A DNA stretch of 32,000 bases from an uncultured archaeon (GCA_963759195.1 CAVWXJ010000008.1:27898-59897); one strand, 5' to 3'. Positions 18,140 through 27,276 are shown, counted from the stretch's first letter. Translations and numbers: made by a program. Notes: generated by a model from the sequence alone, not told the origin.

Positions 18140-18423
18140 GTTACCGCTCCGACGCAAGGAAGGAACACCTGACTTCAAAGGAATACCTCGAATATCTTGA
18201 TCAAAGACTGGGTTTTTCAAGAGGAACCCTCTACGATCTCTGTCTAGGTGCCATAAAGTCGAAGATAGAAACTAGGCTGGGGGTCAAGGTGACATATAGA
18301 GGAGAGACCGAACGCCAGATACGTCTCGTTCAGGTGCGTAAAGCCATATTCCTGATAGAGTTCAAGATGGCCAGGGCGGGAAGGCAGACGGACCGCGTGG
18401 TTCAGGTTCATCTGGAAGTATAG
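18136..18423 (+). CDS. Small protein of unknown function, copy 1 of an inverted paralogous pair
   Basis: MSYRSDARKEHLTSKEYLEYLDQRLGFSRGTLYDLCLGAIKSKIETRLGVKVTYRGETERQIRLVQVRKAIFLIEFKMARAGRQTDRVVQVHLEV. Its ATG overlaps the upstream TGA (ATGA). Confidence 0.7.
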   Translation: MSYRSDARKEHLTSKEYLEYLDQRLGFSRGTLYDLCLGAIKSKIETRLGVKVTYRGETERQIRLVQVRKAIFLIEFKMARAGRQTDRVVQVHLEV

Positions 18424-18490
18424 CGGATTCCACCATTTTCTGACCCGAATATGCTCTGTTCTGCATCCATCTTTAATACCCAAGTCCAAG

Positions 18491-18823
18491 GTGGACGGAG
18501 TTGTGTCTGACAACAAATCCAGGGAGACAGCCGGCTGGAACACCGTATACATTGGAAGACAGAAGCCCATGATGAATTACGTCCTCGCCACTCTGACGTG
18601 TCTCAACAACTCTCCTGACGTCACTCTGAAGGCGAGGGGCGCGGCAATTAGCCTCGCCGTCGACGTCGCACAAGTGACAATTCACAGATTCGCTCGAGGC
18701 CTCAGGGTCGCCGACATAAAGATAGGCACGGAGCAGTTGCAGTCGCAAGAAGGCGGCACCAGAAACGTTTCGAGCATCGAAATCAAGTTGACAAACTCCC
18801 CGGCAGGCCAAGAAGGGTCGTAA
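18491..18823 (+). CDS. alba: DNA/RNA-binding protein Alba (GTG start)
   Basis: VYIGRQKPMMNYVLATLTCLNNSPDVTLKARGAAISLAVDVAQVTIHRFARGLRVADIKIGTEQLQSQEGGTRNVSSIEIKLTN is the characteristic Alba fold sequence. Confidence 0.93.
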   Translation: MDGVVSDNKSRETAGWNTVYIGRQKPMMNYVLATLTCLNNSPDVTLKARGAAISLAVDVAQVTIHRFARGLRVADIKIGTEQLQSQEGGTRNVSSIEIKLTNSPAGQEGS

Positions 18824-19140
18824 GAAAGCCTAGCCAGGAAAAGCCTGGATACCCTAGTCAGCGGTCAGAAAGTTGACACTCACTTTAACTTTGGACCTCA
18901 CGCTACGTTGACCAGTAGGAGCTGAGTTGGCCTTTATTGAAAGTGAAGGTGTAACGCATTGGCAGAACGAGCCCGAAACGGCTCTGTTTGCTGAGACGAA
19001 AATTTGCAGAGAACTAGAAGAAGCTGTAGAAGTGCTAAGAGCAGGGACCGAGACCAATCATCTCCTACGTAACAAAAGTAGGAGGAGGGACCAGTCCGCT
19101 TTCAACCCTAGGATGTCGTTGTGCTCGCCTGAGGGGCGCC

Positions 19141-19230
19141 TTATTTGGTTGCAGGTTGAGTGGCCGAAGCTGCCTTCTTGGTTGCTTTTCCTTTGGCAGC
19201 CTTCTTCTTGACCTTCTTCAATTTCGCCAT
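19141..19230 (-). CDS. Candidate 29-aa Lys/Ala-rich basic peptide (absent from the supplied ORF track)
   Basis: Manual reverse-strand translation: MAKLKKVKKKAAKGKATKKAASATQPATK*. A TATA-like AATTTAAG lies about 23-30 nt upstream of the ATG, as expected for a leaderless archaeal transcript. Confidence 0.55.
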   Translation of the reverse strand: MAKLKKVKKKAAKGKATKKAASATQPATK

Positions 19231-19381
19231 ATAATTATAACCTTCGATGTTACTTAAATTCTTTGCAGCTCGCTAGCGGCTCTTTCAAATCTTCGGTTGG
19301 TCGAGCACCTCCTTCATGCCTACGTCAACCGCATACTTTACGGCACCTTGATTCTGAAAGGGGAAAAAGTACCAGGTAACC

Positions 19382-19651
19382 CTAGCTTTTCGATCTGTTA
19401 CTTTCTCGCTGACCGTACTTGCGGAGCCGGTTTAGCTCGGAGATCTTTTCCTTGTATTCCTTTTTCTTCTTCTTGTTTCCCTGTGTGCGCGCTTGGTCGT
19501 AAAGCTTCCTCAGTTTCTCCTCTTCTGACACGTAATCTGACAACTTCGGAAATGAAATCGTAGCACCATAATTATATCTTTCAGACATGGGTCGCAAAAC
19601 CACCCGCTGTACTCCTCCGAGCATTCTCGGGTCAGAGAAATGGCGGAGCAC
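19382..19651 (-). CDS. Small highly charged hypothetical protein (start perhaps at MSERYNYG, 19588)
   Basis: MSERYNYGATISFPKLSDYVSEEEKLRKLYDQARTQGNKKKKKEYKEKISELNRLRKYGQRESNRSKS; Lys-rich helical C-terminus. Confidence 0.5.
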   Translation of the reverse strand: MLRHFSDPRMLGGVQRVVLRPMSERYNYGATISFPKLSDYVSEEEKLRKLYDQARTQGNKKKKKEYKEKISELNRLRKYGQRESNRSKS

Positions 19652-19652
19652 G

Positions 19653-19955
19653 CTATATCTCCAGATGGACCTGAACCACGCGGTCGATCTGCTTTCCCGG
19701 CTTGGGCATCTTGAACTCTATCAAGAATATGGCTTTACGCACCTGAGAGGAGCGATGAGGAGCAGTACGTATCTGGCGTTCGGTCTCTCCTCGATATGTC
19801 ACCTTGACCCCCGACTTGGACTTGGTCTTTGACTTCATGGCTGCTAGACAGAGATCGTAGACGGTTCCTCTCGAAAAACCTAGTCGCTGATCAATGTATT
19901 CGAGGTAGCCCTTTGAAGTTAGGTGTTCCCCCCTTGTGCCGGAGCGGTAACTCAT
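19653..19955 (-). CDS. Small protein of unknown function, copy 2 of an inverted paralogous pair
   Basis: MSYRSGTRGEHLTSKGYLEYIDQRLGFSRGTVYDLCLAAMKSKTKSKSGVKVTYRGETERQIRTAPHRSSQVRKAIFLIEFKMPKPGKQIDRVVQVHLEI, closely similar to copy 1. Confidence 0.7.
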   Translation of the reverse strand: MSYRSGTRGEHLTSKGYLEYIDQRLGFSRGTVYDLCLAAMKSKTKSKSGVKVTYRGETERQIRTAPHRSSQVRKAIFLIEFKMPKPGKQIDRVVQVHLEI

Positions 19956-20605
19956 GCATTCGGCATCTGATTTCAATGCTAGTCGGTCCAGCCTTCCTTT
20001 TCTCGCTTTCCTTCTGAACTTCGAGAGAATATTTGGGCATCGTCGAACCAGTTGCCGACTTCAGCCACCTTGATTTTCAAATGCTCTCTCACGACGAAGA
20101 TGACAAAACGTCTTTTCCTCTATTGTAATCACCCAGCTCAGGGGTTCCCCTCATTCTTCTTGGTCAATGTAGCCATACTCTTAAGGGGGAACGACTTCTT
20201 GTCACAGAGAGGAAGATGAAGAATGACGTGGCTGAGAGATAGGTAACTTGCGCTAGCCAAGAAAGCCAGAAAAGGAGACGCTAATTACATCCACGCTCAG
20301 CTTCTTCTGGCTGGTCAGAATGTAGACAGGGATGAGATAGTAGGAAGGTCTCATCTATACTATTTCGACTGTTGCTGTGTCAGGTATTTCTCTGTAAGCA
20401 TCGAGCTCTTAGCATCTGAAAGCGTTTCAGCCTATGAGAAGCATAAAGACCTCGTAAGGCTGCACCATAGGCAAAAGAATCACTAGGTCACAGCAGGACA
20501 GGGTTCTGATGACTCTTCGGGGTTTGAGGACCAATTGCGATGCGCCTCATATCCCGATCAAGCCTTACACGCCCCTACGTCATCTGGACGATTCCGTCCC
20601 TTTTG

Positions 20606-20617
20606 TTTACTATATAT
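20606..20617 (+). promoter_or_regulatory. TATA-like promoter element of tbp
   Basis: tttactatatat about 26-37 nt upstream of the likely tbp ATG (20643). Confidence 0.5.
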
Positions 20618-20642
20618 GCTGTCGAATCTCCACGACTCCGTA

Positions 20643-21200
20643 ATGCCCCAAACGAAGGCGATAGTGAGCATCGAGAACGTTGTCGCTTCTGCCTCAATAA
20701 ATCAGAGGGTCGACCTCAACCTGATAACAAAGAACTTTATCGACGTGGAGTATCATCCCGACCAATTCCCTGGACTGGTCTTTAGACTGAAAAGCCCAAA
20801 GACAGCTACCCTGGTCTTCAGCTCAGGGAAGATGGTCTGCACGGGTGCAAAATCGGAGGAGCAGTCAAGAAAGGCCGTGCAAGAGGTCGTCAGGAGGTTG
20901 AAGAAGGGGGGTATCCCCATCAAGAACGAGGCAGAGATAGTGATACAGAACATGGTGGGGACGGCGAACCTTGGGGGGAAGATTGACCTAGAGAAAGCGG
21001 CTAGACAGTTACCAAAATCGATGTACGAGCCGGAGCAGTTCCCCGGTTTGATCCACAGGATGCCAGACCCCAAGACCGTGATACTTCTCTTCTCCTCTGG
21101 GAAGCTCGTTTGCACTGGAGCGAAGAGGGAGAGCGAGGTCTACAGGGCCGTGAACAACCTGCACGTGATGCTCGAGGAAAAAGGGCTCATGGTTTACTGA
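20643..21200 (+). CDS. tbp: TATA-box-binding protein
   Basis: Two TBP repeats: VSIENVVASASINQRVDLNLITKNF...EYHPDQFPGLVFRLKSPKTATLVFSSGKMVCTGAKSEEQ and IQNMVGTANLGGKIDLEKAAR...YEPEQFPGLIHRMPDPKTVILLFSSGKLVCTGAKRESE. The ORF track begins upstream at 20535, but MPQTKAIVSIENVV is the natural start. Confidence 0.97.
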   Translation: MPQTKAIVSIENVVASASINQRVDLNLITKNFIDVEYHPDQFPGLVFRLKSPKTATLVFSSGKMVCTGAKSEEQSRKAVQEVVRRLKKGGIPIKNEAEIVIQNMVGTANLGGKIDLEKAARQLPKSMYEPEQFPGLIHRMPDPKTVILLFSSGKLVCTGAKRESEVYRAVNNLHVMLEEKGLMVY

Positions 21201-21473
21201 CCCTTCCCGCGTCCAGCCCGACTGATGATGGCCTTCTTCTCTTCGGCCAGCCATCGAATCGGCGTACTCTGAAGGCCGTAAGTTCTACGTACTTCCCCTG
21301 GGAAGATTGTCCTTGAACTAGTGCCGTACCCAGTTTGATGAACAAGTGCATTCGCCGGTGTAATCATTACTACCAGTACAAACTGAGACAGGGCTTCCTT
21401 CAGTTCTCATCTCCACCGCTTTTTTTCTACATTTACTACAAAGAATCGATTCTACCACGTACCACTTACTGCC

Positions 21474-23663
21474 TTACCTGTAGAAAGGCACCGCGACCTT
21501 CTCCATCGGATTGTTCTCCCTGGAGGTTCTCACTTTCTTCGCTGCCTCCCGGAAGTGCTCGTAGGTCACGATCACTTCATCCAGGTGCTTCTTCGCGTCC
21601 TCGGGCCTCGGATACTTGGCGATGTAGGCCTGAAGGACCATGGAGAGTGCCGTGTTCACGAGTGCGGCCAAGTCCGCTCCGTTGAATCCCTCGGTCATCT
21701 CAACGAGACGCCCAACCTCTACCGCCTTTGCGATTGGCTTCCCCTTCATGTGTATCTGGAGGGTCTCTTTCCTCGCGTCCCTATCGGGGAGAGGTGTACT
21801 GATTATCTTATCGAAACGCCCGGCCCTCAAAAGCGCTGAGTCGACCATGTCGATTCTGTTGGTTGCAGCTAGTACGACGACCCCCTGGAGCGCTTGTATT
21901 CCGTCGAGCTCTGTCAGAAGCTGACTGACGACTCGCGCCGTTACCATGCTGTCCCCACCCATCCCTCTCGTCGGCGCAACCGAATCAATCTCGTCGAAGA
22001 AGATTATGCACGGAGAGGCTTGTCTTGCCCGTCTGAAGACCTCTCGCATTCCCCTTTCCGATTCACCCACCCACTTACTGAGCAACTCTGGGCCCCTCAC
22101 GCTGATGAAGTTCGCTTCACTCTCCGTAGCAACCGCCTTGGCCAGCAGTGTCTTACCCGTACCCGAGGGACCGTAGAGCAGGATGCCCTTCGGCACAGAG
22201 TAGCCTATCGTCTTGTAAAGGTCCGGGTACTTCAGCGGCCATTCGACCGCCTCCTGAAGCTCCTTCTTGACACCATCAAGGCCGCCAATCTCTGACCACT
22301 TCACATCCGGTGTTTCAAGATACACTTCTCTCATCGCTGACGGCGTGATGTCTTTCAGCGCCTTCTGGAAGTCGTCCCCCGTAACAATCAGTTTGCCGAG
22401 TATCTCTGGGCTCAGTCTCTCTTCCTCGAGCTTCAGTTCTGGTAGAATCCTTCTGAGAGTCTTCATGGCGGCCTCCTTGCAAAGATACTCGAGGTCAGCC
22501 CCGACGAACCCGTGCGATACCGAGGCGAGCTTCTCGAGGTCAACGTCCTGCTGTAGTGGCATGTGGCGCGTGTGGATCTGCAGTATCTCGTATCTTCCCT
22601 TCTTGTCCGGGACCTTGATCTCGATCTCTCTGTCAAACCTGCCCGGCCTTCGGAGAGCGGGGTCTAGTGCGTTGTGTCGGTTGGTAGCGGCTATTACTAT
22701 GACCTTGCCCCTTGCTTCGAGACCATCCATCAGGGAGAGCAACTGGCTGACAACTCTCCGCTCGACTTCGCCAATTACTTCCTCGCGCTTTGGAGCTATC
22801 GAGTCGATCTCGTCGATGAAGACGATGGTAGGAGCTTTCTCCTTTGCCTCTTTGAATATCTCTCTGAGCCTTGCCTCTGATTCACCATAGTATTTGCTCA
22901 TGATCTCCGGACCGCTTATCGGAATGAAGTGAGCGTTGGTCTCATTAACTACAGCCTTCGCCAAGAGCGTCTTGCCGGTTCCCGGAGGACCGTATAGCAG
23001 AACCCCTTTCGGTGCTTCAACACCCAACTTCTCGAAAATCTCCGGATGTCTCAGGGGGAGCTCAATCATCTCCCTTACCTTCCGGACTTCGTCCTTCATG
23101 CCACCGATGTCTTCGTAGGTTACCTGTGGTACTCCCCTCAGAGCTTCGCCCTTCTCGGAGATGACGAAGACCGTTCTCTGAGTTATCAGCGCTGCGTCTG
23201 CGACCGGACTTAGCCCAACGACCTGGAAGGTGAGCCTCCCACCGAAGTAGGGTACCATCACGTTGTCCCCCTTCGTTACCGGGACGCCTTCGAGGGCATC
23301 CGCCAAGTATCTCTCGTCGAGAGGCGGCACAGCTTCGGATGGAGCGATCACAACCTTCTCTGCTGGTGGGACCTTGACTACCTTTACGACAACCACGTCA
23401 CCTATGGCGACGCCGCCGTTGTTCCTGATGAGACCGTCGATCCTTACCATTCCTCTGCCCTCGTCTGAGGGGTAGAGAGGTATGCACTTCGCGACCGTTC
23501 GTCTCTTTCCCTTGATCTCGATTACGTCTCCCGTCGACGCGCCTAATGCGCCCATCGCGTCATAGTCTATCCTCGCCACACCATGACCGACGTCGCGAGT
23601 GTATGCCTCGAGAACTCTAAGCTGGACTTGCTGCTGGCTCACGCCTTTATCACTGTAAGACAA
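21474..23663 (-). CDS. CDC48/VAT family AAA ATPase (two AAA domains plus N domain)
   Basis: Walker [14 protein letters not shown] and [13 protein letters not shown]; Walker [13 protein letters not shown] and [12 protein letters not shown]; N-terminal double-psi/CDC48-N-like domain. Confidence 0.97.
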   Translation of the reverse strand: MSYSDKGVSQQQVQLRVLEAYTRDVGHGVARIDYDAMGALGASTGDVIEIKGKRRTVAKCIPLYPSDEGRGMVRIDGLIRNNGGVAIGDVVVVKVVKVPPAEKVVIAPSEAVPPLDERYLADALEGVPVTKGDNVMVPYFGGRLTFQVVGLSPVADAALITQRTVFVISEKGEALRGVPQVTYEDIGGMKDEVRKVREMIELPLRHPEIFEKLGVEAPKGVLLYGPPGTGKTLLAKAVVNETNAHFIPISGPEIMSKYYGESEARLREIFKEAKEKAPTIVFIDEIDSIAPKREEVIGEVERRVVSQLLSLMDGLEARGKVIVIAATNRHNALDPALRRPGRFDREIEIKVPDKKGRYEILQIHTRHMPLQQDVDLEKLASVSHGFVGADLEYLCKEAAMKTLRRILPELKLEEERLSPEILGKLIVTGDDFQKALKDITPSAMREVYLETPDVKWSEIGGLDGVKKELQEAVEWPLKYPDLYKTIGYSVPKGILLYGPSGTGKTLLAKAVATESEANFISVRGPELLSKWVGESERGMREVFRRARQASPCIIFFDEIDSVAPTRGMGGDSMVTARVVSQLLTELDGIQALQGVVVLAATNRIDMVDSALLRAGRFDKIISTPLPDRDARKETLQIHMKGKPIAKAVEVGRLVEMTEGFNGADLAALVNTALSMVLQAYIAKYPRPEDAKKHLDEVIVTYEHFREAAKKVRTSRENNPMEKVAVPFYR

Positions 23664-23760
23664 TCCTCAGCCTCCTGTACCAATTACGAGTCTTCTCCAT
23701 CAGATAGGTGTTCCTATGATGGGCTTACGAATGCTAGCCTGATAACGTCTTTCATCAGTG

Positions 23761-24171
23761 CTAACTTGACGGGTTCTCTAACTTGGTCCTAACCCTCGGG
23801 TCATGCTTAAACGTCTTTAGAAATTCAACCAGGTCAACGAAATCTGGGTTGTCATCTGCTTTGCGAAGTCGCACGCGGATGTCTTCCTTTCCCAAGTTCA
23901 CTATGAACTCAGATTGATATGAAATCTTGGTGAAGAGGACAGCGGAGTAGTGTATCCTTCCCTTGAGCTCTTCTCGCACGACATCTTCCGTGTCTGGGAA
24001 AGATAATATCGTAAAGGCTATTCCGCCAATCCAATTGACGGTAGGGATAACTGGAATTTCTCTCGTCAGTATTTGCTTCACGACGTCTTCGAAGAAGATT
24101 ATCTTATTGTCGGACTCCAAAACTTGATGAATGACGACTTCCTCTGTCGGCATGTATGTAATCTTAGCCAA
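23761..24171 (-). CDS. Hypothetical protein
   Basis: 136 aa uninterrupted with protein-like composition; MAKITYMPTEEVVIHQVLESDNKIIFFEDVVKQILTREIP... Confidence 0.6.
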   Translation of the reverse strand: MAKITYMPTEEVVIHQVLESDNKIIFFEDVVKQILTREIPVIPTVNWIGGIAFTILSFPDTEDVVREELKGRIHYSAVLFTKISYQSEFIVNLGKEDIRVRLRKADDNPDFVDLVEFLKTFKHDPRVRTKLENPSS

Positions 24172-24221
24172 GTCTAACGTCCTCTTCTAACAGAACAAAT
24201 TCTGGGCGCCCCGAACTAAGG

Positions 24222-24299
24222 TTATCCACGATCAGTCTTGATTCCGTACTTCTCAGCCTGTGTCCTACCTACTAAACCTTCATGCGGTCTAAACTGAAG
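24222..24299 (-). pseudogene. Fossil C-terminus of a DDE transposase
   Basis: Manual minus-strand translation ...RPHEGLVGRTQAEKYGIKTDRG*, equivalent to NFIRPHESLNGQTPADKAGIRVEG of the 3.1-4.4 kb transposase. Confidence 0.6.
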
Positions 24300-24659
24300 A
24301 GAATGGTGGACGCCACACTCGATGCCCATTAGTGATGCCTCCGGTCAAGTCGGAGAGCAAGGACGATCCGAGCTCCTCGCTCAGATGCAACCAGCGGATC
24401 CGGAATCCATCCTCCTAAAGGGCCACGTCACGACGTAGCTGGATGGTCGACCACAATTGACACAAGGTCGTTGCTCCCCCCTCCCGCCCAGATGAAAAGA
24501 TGACATAGTTTGTCACGCTCTAGTTCGATTTGTCCCCCTCGAGTCCCCTTGTCCCCGCAATCAACAATGAATGGGACTTCGCCAAAAGAGGGAAAATCGG
24601 CAAGCAGGCCTGTCTGCAGTTCTCACAAGTGCTAAATATCCGAATGAGGCAACAGGAGA

Positions 24660-25082
24660 ATGAATATGGCAAATTGTACAGGGACCTGCAAGCAGAGGAA
24701 GTACAAATTCGCTCTTGATTCCCTTGGTGACACGAATATTCGAATAGACGAGCAGCCGCCGCTAGCAGGTCAACCTGTCATTGGAACGACACAGGAACTA
24801 AGAGACAAAGCGCGTGAAGAAATAGCGAAGGAAATAGAAAGACTGGAAAAGTACAACGATGTTACTGCATGCCCAGAAGGCTGTTTTTGCCGAATATCAG
24901 GAAAAGAGGCGAAAAAGGACAGGGAGGATGATAACTGGAGTGCTGATTGGGTGGAAATGGAAATTCCAGTACGATTCACAATCGGAGGTACAGTATGGAA
25001 GGCCTATGGAAAGGTAAGAAGTAAATCGATTACCGTGTATGGTGAATGTGAGCCCCGGAAGTTTGAATTACACTACGCATGA
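24660..25082 (+). CDS. Hypothetical cysteine-containing protein
   Basis: 140 aa; TACPEGCFCRISGKEAKKDREDDNWSADWVEMEIPVRFTIGGTVWKAYGKVRSKSITVYGEC has strong protein-like character. Confidence 0.6.
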   Translation: MNMANCTGTCKQRKYKFALDSLGDTNIRIDEQPPLAGQPVIGTTQELRDKAREEIAKEIERLEKYNDVTACPEGCFCRISGKEAKKDREDDNWSADWVEMEIPVRFTIGGTVWKAYGKVRSKSITVYGECEPRKFELHYA

Positions 25083-25479
25083 GTTTTCATACCCGAAGAC
25101 CACTGACCCTTTACATACAGCGAACTGAACGCCATTGTGGGCGAGCCATGATTTCACCGCCTGCAAGGCACTTCTCTTCTATGACTCTTGATTACGAAAG
25201 ATTTAGCGTCCCTCGAATTAAGCGGAGGTTCCAGCATCGATTGGTAGCGGGCCCGGTGGGTTCCAGCACATCTTTGTGTCGGACCCCCTTTGTCGGTCGC
25301 CAGAATTGCAATTCTCACATACTCGGCATCCCATTTGGAACGGTCCAATCTCGGCAAGATTTCGCTTCTCCTCTTAGACGCTTTCTCCACTTAGAGGTTT
25401 CCTGCGTGCATAATGGGTTTACTGCGCCTCCGCAGAGAAACTCGTCTAGGAAATTCGTTCTCGAATAGGCGTAGCGCCT

Positions 25480-26499
25480 TCACGCATTTGGCGCTGCGGC
25501 CAGCCTCCCCTCCCCGCTCGGATCGGATAATGCTGGCTCCAGCTCCTTGACCCTGGCCTTCGCTGCAGCTAGCTCAGTGGTGCTTTCGGCCAGCCTCTGC
25601 TCTGCCTCTGCGACCCTCTCCTTCAGCGTTTCAACTTCGGCCTTGGGCGAAGATTCGGCGAGCTCTGCCTCCAACTCTCTCACCCTCGCCTCGAACTGGG
25701 CCTTCGCCGCCTCCAGCTCGGTTTTCGGCATCGATTCGCTCAATCTTGCTTCCAAATCCTGAACCTTAGCCATGAGGCCTTCAGCTTCATCCTTCGGTAC
25801 CGACAGCGACAGCTTCTCCTGAAGTCTTTCCACGTCGGCCCTCAAGCCTGTTTGAGCCTCCTCAAGCCGGTTGATCTTGTCCTCTGCTTCGGCCTTTGGA
25901 ATCGACTCGGTCAGCCTGGACTCGAGCTCCCCAATCCTAGCCCGGTTGGCCCGACCCTCCTTTTCGAGCTCGTTCACCCTGCTGTTGGCTTCTTTCAGCT
26001 GCACCTGCGGCACCGACTCGGATAGTTGCTCCTCCAGCTCGGTAACCCGGGCCTCCAGGGACTCGGCGTCACTCTTGGGTACTGACTGGGCAAGTTGCTC
26101 TTTCAGGCTGTCCACGGAAGACTGAAGCTCTTGAATCGTGGTCTCTGCGTCCTTCTTGGGCATGGAACGCGCCAGCTTCTCCTCAAGCGTCTGGATCTGG
26201 GCTTGAAGACCGGACCTTGCCTTCTCCAGCTCAATCTTGGGTATCGAATCGGCCAGCTTCAATTCCAGCGCTTTTGCTTTGCCTTGAAGAGCTTCGACCT
26301 CGTTTCTTGGGACGGAAAGCGCAAGTTTGGCCTGGAGTTCAGAGACCTTCGCTTCCAGATTCCCCTTAAGAGTCTCCAACTCGGCTCTGGGGACGGAGTC
26401 AGCCAGCTTAGATTCGAGATTCTTGACTCTGGTTCTCAGCCTCTTGAACTGAGGAGACTCTACCTTGAATCTTACTTTCTTTCCAGCCTTCTTGACCAA
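25480..26499 (-). CDS. Coiled-coil protein with degenerate tandem repeat punctuated by S-[VIMS]-P
   Basis: 339 aa; ten S[VIMS]P-initiated units of about 23-37 aa with heptad-like L/E/K/A pattern; basic N-terminus MVKKAGKKVRFKVESPQFKRLRTRV. Confidence 0.85.
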   Translation of the reverse strand: MVKKAGKKVRFKVESPQFKRLRTRVKNLESKLADSVPRAELETLKGNLEAKVSELQAKLALSVPRNEVEALQGKAKALELKLADSIPKIELEKARSGLQAQIQTLEEKLARSMPKKDAETTIQELQSSVDSLKEQLAQSVPKSDAESLEARVTELEEQLSESVPQVQLKEANSRVNELEKEGRANRARIGELESRLTESIPKAEAEDKINRLEEAQTGLRADVERLQEKLSLSVPKDEAEGLMAKVQDLEARLSESMPKTELEAAKAQFEARVRELEAELAESSPKAEVETLKERVAEAEQRLAESTTELAAAKARVKELEPALSDPSGEGRLAAAPNA

Positions 26500-26643
26500 A
26501 AGGAGCTTTCACCAATGTAATAACTCCTGCCGAACTAGATAAGCGTATCATGCAACGTAGCAAGCAGCAAGTCCGGTTCTTGGAGGAGTCGTGTATTCAT
26601 TGAACTTCACGTCTCAATCAAGACTTTTCAAGCCTTCCGCTGA

Positions 26644-26922
26644 AACGACCCGCTCGACAAACGTCGCCGCACGGAAGCGGTTTCAGAATTTGTCGACGTG
26701 AAGGCACAGCTCGATGCAAGGATCGCCGCTCTTCAGCGCGAGAGAGTCGCACTCCAGAAGGAGGTCAGGTCGCTCGGCGAGAGGCTGGCGATCGACCAGT
26801 TGGAGGGACAAGCAAGGTCCCTCGAAGGCGATGTCAACGCCCTCAGGGGGCAGAAGACCGCGCTGCAGCAGAAGCTCGCCAGCTTCGAGGCCCCGGCGGC
26901 TCAGGGCCCGCTGCCCCGCTAA
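26644..26922 (+). CDS. Predicted coiled-coil protein or fragment (start codon uncertain; GTG 26698 possible)
   Basis: VKAQLDARIAALQRERVALQKEVRSLGERLAIDQLEGQARSLEGDVNALRGQKTALQQKLASFEAP shows a heptad pattern; the frame is open from just after a TGA at 26641. Confidence 0.55.
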   Translation, partial: NDPLDKRRRTEAVSEFVDVKAQLDARIAALQRERVALQKEVRSLGERLAIDQLEGQARSLEGDVNALRGQKTALQQKLASFEAPAAQGPLPR

Positions 26923-27039
26923 GGCCCGTCCGCTCACTAGCCGACCCCTGCGATTTGTCCCGCGAGCCAGCATTTGTAGAGTAGGGACGGTGCACGGTTC
27001 ATCTATTGCTGATGCCGGTAGCCAGCTGTCCCCCTCTCC

Positions 27040-27073
27040 GAACCGAACGTGCATCTTTCGATGCATTCGGTTC
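27040..27073. other. Strong interrupted inverted repeat (hairpin), 8 bp + 6 bp stem with 4-nt loop
   Basis: gaaccgaa-cg-tgcatc-tttc-gatgca-ttcggttc; on the minus strand GAACCGAA TGCATC GAAA GATGCA CG TTCGGTTC. Confidence 0.8.
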
Positions 27074-27162
27074 CCCATCGTCAGAACTTTTCAATCCACA
27101 ATTCTTACCGACAAATGGGTCGCTGGATATGCGTAAGTAGTACCCTGACTCAATTCTAGGCT

Positions 27163-27276
27163 ATGGCAACTGCACCTACAGGCCACAAATCTCACACTGG
27201 TCGAAATGTTGGCATCGTAATAGTGGTTGTGATTGTCGTGGTCGTTGGTTATCTTTTCCTGACAGGATATCTCTGA
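27163..27276 (+). CDS. Candidate 37-aa single-transmembrane small protein (absent from the supplied ORF track)
   Basis: Manual translation MATAPTGHKSHTGRNVGIVIVVVIVVVVGYLFLTGYL*; one clear hydrophobic TM helix. Confidence 0.55.
   Translation: MATAPTGHKSHTGRNVGIVIVVVIVVVVGYLFLTGYL

Noticed and set aside
18473-18811. 112-aa minus-strand ORF
   Set aside because: Antisense to alba, which is strongly supported.
18927-19211. 94-aa plus-strand ORF (MAFIESEGVTHWQNEPE...)
   Set aside because: The first part looks somewhat protein-like, but the tail is the antisense of the Lys/Ala peptide and no family is recognisable. Evidence is too weak to call.
20535-20642. N-terminal 36-residue extension of TBP in the ORF track
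   Set aside because: It includes the likely TATA box region and lacks TBP similarity; ATG 20643 is the natural start.
22267-22890. 207-aa plus-strand ORF within cdc48
   Set aside because: Serine-rich antisense frame of a clearly coding AAA ATPase.
25079-25468. 129-aa plus-strand ORF and its 78-aa antisense partner (25154-25390)
   Set aside because: Neither frame has convincing composition or a recognisable domain. The interval may be non-coding or decayed.
26683-27136. ORFs 26683-27078 (-) and 26714-27136 (+)
   Set aside because: Both overlap the coiled-coil frame out of phase and run through the hairpin region, so they are probably spurious.
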